A stretch of DNA of 64,000 nt. Origin: an uncultured Planctomycetia bacterium (GTDB lineage Bacteria > Omnitrophota > Gorgyraeia > CAYWPX01). The notes under the pieces are model-generated. The model did no database searches. It was not told the origin of the DNA and saw nothing but the letters and a program-made list of their open reading frames with translations. Numbering within the stretch: the first letter of the stretch is position 1; each line of letters begins with the position of its first letter. Below are positions 39,470 to 47,725 of this stretch, one piece after another. The position numbers and the translations under genes were made by a program. The stretch is from NCBI GenBank assembly GCA_964460615.1, contig CAYWPX010000001.1, positions 49,826-113,825 on the forward strand, in the 5' to 3' direction.

Positions 39470-40238
39470 AAAAAACAGTATTTTCGGTTTAAAGCTTTTG
39501 AATGCCTTTAAAAACTCCGGCATTGAGGTGTCGTCTGTTGTTGTCATTGAGCCCTCCATTAAGGAGGGTGTCAGGCTTTTTAATTCTGTCAGAAAAAGAA
39601 TAGGCTTTCTGGATACATTTATATATACGCTTCAGATCATTTTTACCGATCTATTAAAAGTTCTCAAACTATTTATCCTGAAAGATCTGGTTTTTGATTA
39701 CAAAAAACTGGCTTTAAATGTTATTTGCGTCAAAAACCTTCATTCAAGAGAATCTCTCGAAAGGATCCGGAATGCAGGGCCGGACATTATAATATTAGGG
39801 CAGAGCGGTATAGTAAAAAAGGAAATTTTAGATATAGCTAAAATCGGAGTATTGAATGCTCATCCGGGAATTGTGCCTCAATATAGAGGTATAGACTCTT
39901 TTCAGTGGGCCGCATATTATAATGACTTCGAAAGGATCGGGATAAGCGTTCATTGGGTTAATAAGGGCGTTGATAGCGGCAATGTTATAACCGTTATTAA
40001 GTATAAGTTCACGGGTAAAGAAAAATTCTCAAATTTTGAAGAGACGCTCTATAAAATATGTATTGATGAGTTAGTAGAAGTCACAAAAAGGCTCAGATTT
40101 AAAGTTGAACCTGGTAAAGAGCAGAATTTGTCCGAAGGCGCTCAGTATTATAAGATACCCCGCAAATCATTAAAGATCGCCAAGGCAAATTTTAAGAATT
40201 TTATCGGTGAGATGAAGCCGGATAAAGGACAAGATTAA
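39447..40238 (+). CDS. formyltransferase-domain protein (sugar N-formyltransferase, ArnA N-domain/Fmt-like)
   Basis: ILGQSGIVKKEIL...GVLNAHPGIVPQYRGIDSFQWAAY matches the formyl_trans_N catalytic motif (N..H...P..RG). 263 aa. Confidence 0.7.
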   Translation: MKLLIITKKNSIFGLKLLNAFKNSGIEVSSVVVIEPSIKEGVRLFNSVRKRIGFLDTFIYTLQIIFTDLLKVLKLFILKDLVFDYKKLALNVICVKNLHSRESLERIRNAGPDIIILGQSGIVKKEILDIAKIGVLNAHPGIVPQYRGIDSFQWAAYYNDFERIGISVHWVNKGVDSGNVITVIKYKFTGKEKFSNFEETLYKICIDELVEVTKRLRFKVEPGKEQNLSEGAQYYKIPRKSLKIAKANFKNFIGEMKPDKGQD

Positions 40239-40244
40239 TATTAT

Positions 40245-41774
40245 ATGGCGCCGAAAAATATATTATCTGAAAGGTTATTCACAAAAATTATGTTTCTGCT
40301 GCTTTTAGCGGCCGGATTCTTTTTTAGGGCACAAAATCTGGGAAGGGCGCTTACCGGCGATGAATCTTTGTTGTTTGAAATATCCAATCTCCCTTTAAAG
40401 GATATTGTGCCAATGCTTTTGCAGATCGAGGCCTATCCGCCATTAAGTTATTTTTTGCTGCATTTTTGGATGTTTTTCAGTAAGAGCCTGATATGGGGCA
40501 AATTGTATTTTGTTTTGTTTGGTATGGGCAACTGTATCCTGGTCTATCTTATCGTTAAGGAATATATTGATGAAAAAGCCGGGAGACTTGCTTTGATCCT
40601 GTCAATATTTTCGCCGCTTTTAGTTTTCAGCTCACAATTCTTCAGAAGTTATGCTGATTATACCTTCTGGATGCTGTTATCATGCCTTTTTTTACTGAAA
40701 ATCATTAAAGGAAAAGCGGGGTCAGTGATATATCTTGGTTATATTATCTCGGTTTTATTGGGGCTATATACATTTTACTGGACTGCCGGGCCCATTTTTC
40801 TAGCCCAAATTATCCTGTTAGTATTTTCAGGTGAAATAAAAAAGGATATCCGTAAATTTCTGGTTTCAATTTCTGCTGTAATAATCGGTTTTTTGCCGTG
40901 GTTATTGCTTATCCCCGAACAATTGGGGAATGCCTCGATGACATTTTTTGACTGGTCGGCAAAAGGATTTAATGTCGGCGGGCTGAAGATAGGGCTTTTT
41001 ACCAGGAATATTTTTTCTTTACTCGGTTTTGACCCATATTTTTTTGTTTATCAGGGGGGCGTAACCAGGTTTTTTAATAAATGGGTGCTTTTGTTTTTCA
41101 TAGCAGTTTTTGCGCTTCTTTTTATTTTTCTTATTTTAAAGGTTTACCATAATCTAAAAGGGATGTTCAAAAACAAAGCTTTAGTGTTTTTCCCGTTCGT
41201 TATTGTTTTTATTCCTCTACTTATCTTTTGGTCAGCTATCTACATTTTTAATACTTTACCTAACGCTAAGTATTTTTCATTTTTTCATGCGATGTTTTTA
41301 ATATTCTATGTCATTATCATTAACATGCTTTGGAGAAAAAACAGGGTAATTGGAATTATAACCACTTTTATTATTATAATAATTTTCACAGCAAGAATCC
41401 CTGTTGCCGTATCTTCAGAAATGGATTCAAAAGGCGCCTCAAAGTATCTTGCGGATAATATGAAAAAAGGCGAGGTCGTGATCTATTTTAAATCATTTGT
41501 GGATAATGAGGATGATTTTACTTTTATTTCTCTGAATGATTACATTGTTTTTGATAAGGTTAGATCAGAATATATCTTTAAGAACGAACAAAGCATTGAA
41601 GACCTGGGCGGATTATTTGCAGCTAATAATAGTATCTGGTTCTTTAAGGCTTTTGGGAACAATGATATTTTTAAAGCGAATGAGCGTATAGATGGTCTGC
41701 TTAAAAAGAGGGGCTTTAAAGTAAACGTTGTAAAAGCTTTTAGGAACATAGAAGTCATCAAATATGAAAAATAA
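40245..41774 (+). CDS. GT-C fold membrane glycosyltransferase (ArnT/PMT, GT39/GT83-like)
   Basis: 509 aa, at least 10 TM segments. A GDESLLFE acidic motif sits in the first extracytoplasmic loop. It follows the ArnC-like gene. Confidence 0.6.
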   Translation: MAPKNILSERLFTKIMFLLLLAAGFFFRAQNLGRALTGDESLLFEISNLPLKDIVPMLLQIEAYPPLSYFLLHFWMFFSKSLIWGKLYFVLFGMGNCILVYLIVKEYIDEKAGRLALILSIFSPLLVFSSQFFRSYADYTFWMLLSCLFLLKIIKGKAGSVIYLGYIISVLLGLYTFYWTAGPIFLAQIILLVFSGEIKKDIRKFLVSISAVIIGFLPWLLLIPEQLGNASMTFFDWSAKGFNVGGLKIGLFTRNIFSLLGFDPYFFVYQGGVTRFFNKWVLLFFIAVFALLFIFLILKVYHNLKGMFKNKALVFFPFVIVFIPLLIFWSAIYIFNTLPNAKYFSFFHAMFLIFYVIIINMLWRKNRVIGIITTFIIIIIFTARIPVAVSSEMDSKGASKYLADNMKKGEVVIYFKSFVDNEDDFTFISLNDYIVFDKVRSEYIFKNEQSIEDLGGLFAANNSIWFFKAFGNNDIFKANERIDGLLKKRGFKVNVVKAFRNIEVIKYEK

Positions 41775-43035
41775 GATCAGTATCAAACAAATTATAATTT
41801 TAACGGTCTTTTTAGTGTTCTCTGCCGTTATTTTGAGTGTCTTTGTTTATGAAAGGGCTTCATCTAAGAACCTTTTTGTAAATTATTCCAAAAGGATCGC
41901 TGCCGAATCGGGGGCTTTTTTATCCGGGATCATTTTTGATGACAGTGATTTCAATAATTTTAGTTTCGGCCCCGATAAAGGGCAAGACAGCGATTATGAA
42001 AAGTTGCCTTTAAAGGCTTATCTTGATAGAGTTTTTGAAAATAAGGTTTTTGAGTATTCTGAAAAGAATAATTTTTTGCTTTCAGATTATGCCGGAAAAT
42101 TCCAGTATGAAAATCCGGAAAACGTGAAACTTGTCGAGTTGAGAGATAATTTCAAGCTTAAGGAACTCGTTAGACACCAAAAAGACGGGTTTGGAAGCAT
42201 AATAAAACTCGCTTATTGGGTAAAGCAAGAGATTAAAAGAGGTACTCCTAAGGATGTGGATTTTAATTTCAATGCCCTGGATATACTCAGAAGGGCCAAA
42301 AACGGGGAGAAATTCTTTTGCAGCGAATATGCGACCGTTTTTTTACAGTGTGCTTTAAGCCTTGGCTATCAGGCAAGATATGTCGGGCTATTAAAGGGGC
42401 ATGTTGTGAACGAAGCCTGGAGCGATACGCATGCCAAGTGGTTTGTAGTTGATGTTGATAATGGTATTTATTATATGAAGGATGGTTTACCGTTGGATGC
42501 CCTCGAGCTTCACGAAGCTTTTGAGAGTAAAGATCTTGATGATATCGGAATTTACGTCACATCCGATGGTGCTAAAAAATTGCACATCGACCTTCTTGAT
42601 CTGCTGTCATATTATCATGAGTTCTATATCAGGATGAGAAATGACTGGTTTTCCAATAGGTTCCCGCACTGGCACCACAGGTCCAATTCAATAATGAATA
42701 GCCTAGAGTGGAAGGATAGGTATACCCGGGATAATATCCTTATATCGAAGAATACTTCAAATAAGGATGAGCTCTATTTTCCTATCAATGTAGTTAACCT
42801 CAATGCTGATATCAAGGGTTCTAATGGCAGCAATATCAGGCTTATTCTTGATACATTTACTCCCGGTTTTTCTTATTTTTCTTTATTGATAGATGGCAAA
42901 AAAACTGATATCATTAAAGATTCAGTTTATATGTTTAATGTGCATCCCGGAGAAAATTTGCTTGAGATCTCAAGCGTAAATGCCTTGGGAGTAATGGGCC
43001 CCAGGCTTAAAGTAAGATTTTCACTTGTGGAATAG
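41764..43035 (+). CDS. membrane-anchored transglutaminase-like (TGc) cysteine-protease-fold protein
   Basis: N-terminal TM. KFFCSEYATVFLQCALSLGYQARYVG ... HVVNEAWSDTHAKWFVVD matches the Cys-His-Asp TGc core pattern. 423 aa. Confidence 0.5.
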   Translation: MKNKISIKQIIILTVFLVFSAVILSVFVYERASSKNLFVNYSKRIAAESGAFLSGIIFDDSDFNNFSFGPDKGQDSDYEKLPLKAYLDRVFENKVFEYSEKNNFLLSDYAGKFQYENPENVKLVELRDNFKLKELVRHQKDGFGSIIKLAYWVKQEIKRGTPKDVDFNFNALDILRRAKNGEKFFCSEYATVFLQCALSLGYQARYVGLLKGHVVNEAWSDTHAKWFVVDVDNGIYYMKDGLPLDALELHEAFESKDLDDIGIYVTSDGAKKLHIDLLDLLSYYHEFYIRMRNDWFSNRFPHWHHRSNSIMNSLEWKDRYTRDNILISKNTSNKDELYFPINVVNLNADIKGSNGSNIRLILDTFTPGFSYFSLLIDGKKTDIIKDSVYMFNVHPGENLLEISSVNALGVMGPRLKVRFSLVE

Positions 43036-43038
43036 GAT

Positions 43039-43920
43039 ATGAAAAAGATAATAACAAGATTGCTTGTTTTAGCGCTCATACTTTTTTTTACCTGTGAGAT
43101 AGGGCTAAGGATAAGGCTCGCGTATCTATACAAAAACCCGGATTGGTTATTATATCATCAGTTTAAGCTGAGGACCGCCGAAGAGATAAATACCAGCGAC
43201 CTGCCTCACTATTACATAGGCAATATGTTTAAGCCGTTTAATCTGGTATTTAGAAGTGCGAGCCCAAAGAGCCCCAAAGAGATAATCACTATTGAGAGCT
43301 CTGCTCTCAGGTCAATAAGGCGTCAAATGCAGATCTTATTGGAAAATAATCCTGATCTTAAGTGGATAGATTATTCTCCGGATAAAGATAAGAATATCGA
43401 TTTTACCAATAACAACATAGTCCTGTACGAATTTCTGGTTTACCCTGACATCTATAACACCCTTAAGAGGGAGTCGAGGATCCTAAAAAAGATCTTTGGC
43501 GCCACAATGGATGATTTTTTATATCATAACTTTGCTTTCTATATGCATATAGACGAAAATATCAATTTTACATCTATGAATTCCGATAAAGTACTGGAGG
43601 ATTATCTGAAACTTCTGGTGTCCAGGGAAGAGCCCTTCTGTAAAAGCATAAATGAATTTGGATATAACAATGTTTTTTACGTCATTACCCCTAACGGTTT
43701 TGACCCGAATTCTCCGGGCGGAAAGATATACCTGAAATATATCAATAGCGCGTATAAAGAGATGCTTAAGCTTCTGGATAAATATAAAGTCCCATGCATT
43801 GATCTTATGAATGAAAAGGTTGAGAAGTCTGATTTTAACGATTTCTTTCATTTTTCTAAAGTTGGAGGAAGGAAGATGTCAGAGCTTATTATTGAGTATC
43901 TTTCTAAGAGAGGGTATTAA
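43039..43920 (+). CDS. hypothetical membrane-anchored protein, possibly the extracytoplasmic partner (AlgJ/AlgX/DltD-like) of the MBOAT acyltransferase
   Basis: N-terminal signal anchor, 293 aa, no motif recognised. The assignment is purely positional, since its stop overlaps the MBOAT start. Confidence 0.25.
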   Translation: MKKIITRLLVLALILFFTCEIGLRIRLAYLYKNPDWLLYHQFKLRTAEEINTSDLPHYYIGNMFKPFNLVFRSASPKSPKEIITIESSALRSIRRQMQILLENNPDLKWIDYSPDKDKNIDFTNNNIVLYEFLVYPDIYNTLKRESRILKKIFGATMDDFLYHNFAFYMHIDENINFTSMNSDKVLEDYLKLLVSREEPFCKSINEFGYNNVFYVITPNGFDPNSPGGKIYLKYINSAYKEMLKLLDKYKVPCIDLMNEKVEKSDFNDFFHFSKVGGRKMSELIIEYLSKRGY

Positions 43921-45314
43921 TGCTTTTTAATTCATTTGAGTTTGCTGTTTTTTTTATAATTGTGCTTGTAGGAGCATTTATACTACAGGAGATCAATCTC
44001 TACAGGAAGCTCTTCCTTATTGTGGCTAGCTTTATTTTTTATATGCATTGGAAAGTGGATTACGGTTGGCTATTGGCAGGGTCCATACTTTTTAATTTTT
44101 ATATTGCCAAGCTTATCGGAGAAGCTTCGGTCCAAAAAAGGAGGAAGATCCTGATAGTCTTTGCGGTTTTTGGCAATCTGCTTTTATTATCCGTATATAA
44201 GTACACGAATTTTTTTATCGGAAATATAAATTTCTTTTTTAATTTAGCGCACCTAAAAAATATTAAGGCGGTTGATATAGTCCTTCCGATAGGGATATCT
44301 TTTTTTACTTTTCAGGCCATATCTTACATAGTCGACGTATACAAAAATAAGATTAAGCCGGCCTCTTTGACCGATACGGCTCTTTATATATCTTTTTTCC
44401 CGCATCTTATCGCAGGTCCTATAATAAGGGCTATTCAGATAATACCGCAATTTGCCGAAACCAAGGCCATTAGGCATGATAACCTTATTACAGGGACCCA
44501 CAGGATCTTCTGGGGGCTTATAAAGAAGATGGTCATAGCCGATAATCTCGCAGTCTTTGTTAATCAGGCATTTGCAGGGCACAGTGAATATAACTGGCTT
44601 ACTCTTTTATTGGGGGTTTATGCGTTTGCTTTTCAGATCTACTGCGATTTCTCCGGATACAGCGATATAGCTATTGGGTGTTTCAGGATACTCGGTTACA
44701 ATATCCTGGAAAATTTTAATCTTCCATATATGGCTAAGGATTTTTCCGATTTCTGGAAAAGGTGGCATATATCATTATCCAGCTGGCTTAGGGATTATCT
44801 CTATATACCGCTTGGAGGGAATAGGCTTGGCAATAATAGGACGCTCATAAATCTTATGATAACAATGTTTTTGGGCGGTCTTTGGCATGGAGCCAGGTGG
44901 ACTTTTGTTATCTGGGGTCTTTTGCACGGTATCTATCTAGTAATCCAGAAACTTCTTGAGGGGAGAATAAAACTGCCCGATAACCCCTTAATGACTTCTA
45001 TAAGGATGTTCGTTACATTCCAGCTTGTATGTCTTGCCTGGATTTTCTTTAGGGCCGAGAGTTTCTCTTCTGCGATGTCAATACTTTCGTCAATACTTAC
45101 TCTTAAAGAAGGGGTACAATTTATCCCTGCCGATGCGCTAATTTTACTGGCGCTGTCATTCGGTTTTCATTTTGCAAAATACCGAATGCCTTTATATGAA
45201 AAGTTCCTTTCTATGCCGTACTATATAAGGTATTTTGCTTATTCAGTAGGTTTTTTTCTTTTATTTTTCAATAAAGCGAGCCTCTCAAGTCAGTTTATAT
45301 ATTTTCAATTTTAA
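43920..45314 (+). CDS. MBOAT-family membrane O-acyltransferase (AlgI/DltB-like)
   Basis: 464 aa. [25 protein letters not shown] and the conserved His in [10 protein letters not shown] are diagnostic MBOAT motifs. Confidence 0.85.
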   Translation: [464 protein letters not shown]

Positions 45315-45332
45315 AAAGGAGAACATTATTAG

Positions 45333-46739
45333 ATGCATATACTTTTAATTTCGCCTCCAAAGGATAATATCGTCACAACGACTCTCCCCGAAAAGATCAA
45401 TAAAGAGCGCGGGTATAATCCGCCGCTCGGGTTGTTGTATCTGGCTTCTTATATAAATAAAAATTCAAGTCACAAGGTGAGCGTTATAGATTCCGAGGTA
45501 GAAGAGCTCACTTATCCCATGCTTAAAGAGCGCATCGAGTCAGCTAAACCTGACCTGGTAGGGATCCAGGTCCTTACATTTACCCTTATAGACAGCCTTA
45601 AGGTAGCCGAATTAGTTAAGGAGATATCCAAAGATATCCCTGTAGTTTTCGGCGGCCCGCATGTAACGGTATTCCCGCGGGAAAGTATAAGTTATGATGA
45701 TGTTGACTATATTGTCAGAGGTGAGGGCGAATATTCTTTTAAAAGCCTGATCGATAATCTCAGTGATCCTAAAGCGCTTTTAAATATTAAAGGGATCGGT
45801 TTTAAAGAGAATGGAAATGTTACCATAACTGAGGAGCCTGATTTTATAGAGGATCTCAATAGCCTTCCGATCCCGGACAGGACCCTTACGCCTTATGGGA
45901 AATATTATTCGCTTATTTCCAAAAATTTCCCGATCACTACCATAATGACGAGCCGCGGATGCCCCTATAACTGTATTTTCTGCGAAAGGATGGGAAAGAA
46001 ATTCAGGGCCAAGTCCCCCGAGAAAGTGCTTGAGGAGATTGAGGATTGCCTGAGGCTTGGTATAAAAGAGATATTTTTTCATGACGATACATTTACGATA
46101 GACAAGAAGAGGGTTTACGCTATATGCGACCTTATTGAAAAGAGAAAACTTGAGTTTGAATGGGACGCCAGAGCAAGGGTTGATACTATTGATTATGATC
46201 TTTTGGCAAGAATGAGGAAGGCGGGCCTCAAAAGGATCAGTTTCGGCGTTGAATCCGGCAACCCCAGGATCCTTAAAAACTTAAGAAAAGGCATTACTAT
46301 CGAGCAGGTTGAGAAGGCATTCAGTTATGCCAGAAGTCTTAAGATAGTGACCCTTGCTGATTTTATGATAGGGTCACCCGGAGAGACAAGAGAGGATATA
46401 AATGAGACGATCAGTTTTGCAAAAAAGATCAAAGCCGATTATGTTCAGTTTTCGGTGACAACGCCGTATCCCGGGACAGATCTATATAAGGAGGCTTTAG
46501 TAAGAGGGATAATAAGCAATGATGTTTGGAAAGAATTTGCCGAGCAGCCCAAAGCTGATTTTAAACCGCCCTTATGGACTGAAAATTTTAAAAGAGAGGA
46601 GCTTATTGAGCTTCTTAACTTTTGTTATAAAAAATTCTATATATCATGGGACTTTTTACTTAAGGAAATGTTTAGTATCAGGTCTTTCAGAGAACTGGGG
46701 AATAAATTTAAGGCAGGATTGAAATTAATGAAAAGATAA
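45333..46739 (+). CDS. cobalamin-binding radical SAM protein, class B, paralog 5
   Basis: HILLISPP...PPLGLLYLASYI B12-domain, then GCPYNCIFC. 468 aa. Confidence 0.8.
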   Translation: MHILLISPPKDNIVTTTLPEKINKERGYNPPLGLLYLASYINKNSSHKVSVIDSEVEELTYPMLKERIESAKPDLVGIQVLTFTLIDSLKVAELVKEISKDIPVVFGGPHVTVFPRESISYDDVDYIVRGEGEYSFKSLIDNLSDPKALLNIKGIGFKENGNVTITEEPDFIEDLNSLPIPDRTLTPYGKYYSLISKNFPITTIMTSRGCPYNCIFCERMGKKFRAKSPEKVLEEIEDCLRLGIKEIFFHDDTFTIDKKRVYAICDLIEKRKLEFEWDARARVDTIDYDLLARMRKAGLKRISFGVESGNPRILKNLRKGITIEQVEKAFSYARSLKIVTLADFMIGSPGETREDINETISFAKKIKADYVQFSVTTPYPGTDLYKEALVRGIISNDVWKEFAEQPKADFKPPLWTENFKREELIELLNFCYKKFYISWDFLLKEMFSIRSFRELGNKFKAGLKLMKR

Positions 46740-46744
46740 TGAAT

Positions 46745-46814
46745 TAATCTGGACTAAGACCAATCAAAAGATAGGGGATTAATCTGGACTAGGACCATTC
46801 AAAAGATAGGGGAT
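46745..46814. repeat. 35-bp tandem direct repeat, 2 copies with 2 mismatches, each copy ending in an AGGGGAT Shine-Dalgarno-like element
   Basis: taatctggactaagaccaatcaaaagataggggat followed by taatctggactaggaccattcaaaagataggggat, read directly. It ends 5 nt before the ATG at 46820. Confidence 0.75.
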
Positions 46815-46819
46815 TAAAC

Positions 46820-47725
46820 ATGGAAAATGATGTAGATGTAAGCGTAGTACTTGCCGTATATAACGAAGAGGACTCTGTCGCGAAAGAGATATCTATAATT
46901 AAAGATGCGCTTTCAAGATCCAGGTATAAATATGAGATTATCGTTATTGATGACGCATCCACTGATAATACGCCAAAAATTATTAGTTCCATAGATGGCA
47001 TCAGGATTATTACACACCGAAGAAATTTGGGCTCAGGAGGTTCAAGAAAATCAGGGACATTGGCGGCAAGGGGCGAAGTGGTAGTATGGACCGATGCCGA
47101 CCTTACCTATCCGAATGAACTTATACCGGCCCTTGTCGATCAGCTAAAAAAGGGAAATTACTCCCAGATTGTTGGCGCAAGGCTTCAGGAAGCTGGTACG
47201 GTCAAGCTTTTGAGGGCGCCGGCAAAATTCATATTAAGGAAACTTGCCTCATTTTTGGCAAAGACCGACATACCCGACCTTAATTCAGGGCTCAGGGCAT
47301 TCTATAAAAAAGATGCTATGAACTTTATCTATCTTGTGCCGAATGGTTTTTCATGCGTATCTACAATGACGCTGGCATTTTTATGCAACGGCCTTGAGGT
47401 TGGATATATGGATATCGAGTACAAAGAGCGCGTAGGTAAATCAAAGTTCCATCCTATTAAGGATACTTATAATTATTTTCTTCAGATAATAAGGATGATA
47501 ACATATTTTGAGCCTATAAGGATATTCGTTCCTCTGTCTATGTTTGTTTTCGGCGTGACATTCATTAAGAATATAATAGACCTGATACTCACAAAAAACA
47601 CCCAGGAGTCTGATATAGTCGGCTATTTCATTGCTTTTATAATTTTTGCCATAGGGCTTTTGGCGGATCTTATAGTTGTATCCAATAAGAGGTTCTATTC
47701 AAACCGGAAGGGGCAGGGGGAATAA
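46820..47725 (+). CDS. family 2 glycosyltransferase, polyprenol-phosphate sugar synthase type (GtrB/DPM1-like) with C-terminal TM helices
   Basis: VSVVLAVYNEEDSV...IIVIDDASTDNT is the GT2 N-terminus. The C-terminal 80 aa are hydrophobic, as in GtrB/ArnC. 301 aa. Confidence 0.7.
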   Translation: MENDVDVSVVLAVYNEEDSVAKEISIIKDALSRSRYKYEIIVIDDASTDNTPKIISSIDGIRIITHRRNLGSGGSRKSGTLAARGEVVVWTDADLTYPNELIPALVDQLKKGNYSQIVGARLQEAGTVKLLRAPAKFILRKLASFLAKTDIPDLNSGLRAFYKKDAMNFIYLVPNGFSCVSTMTLAFLCNGLEVGYMDIEYKERVGKSKFHPIKDTYNYFLQIIRMITYFEPIRIFVPLSMFVFGVTFIKNIIDLILTKNTQESDIVGYFIAFIIFAIGLLADLIVVSNKRFYSNRKGQGE

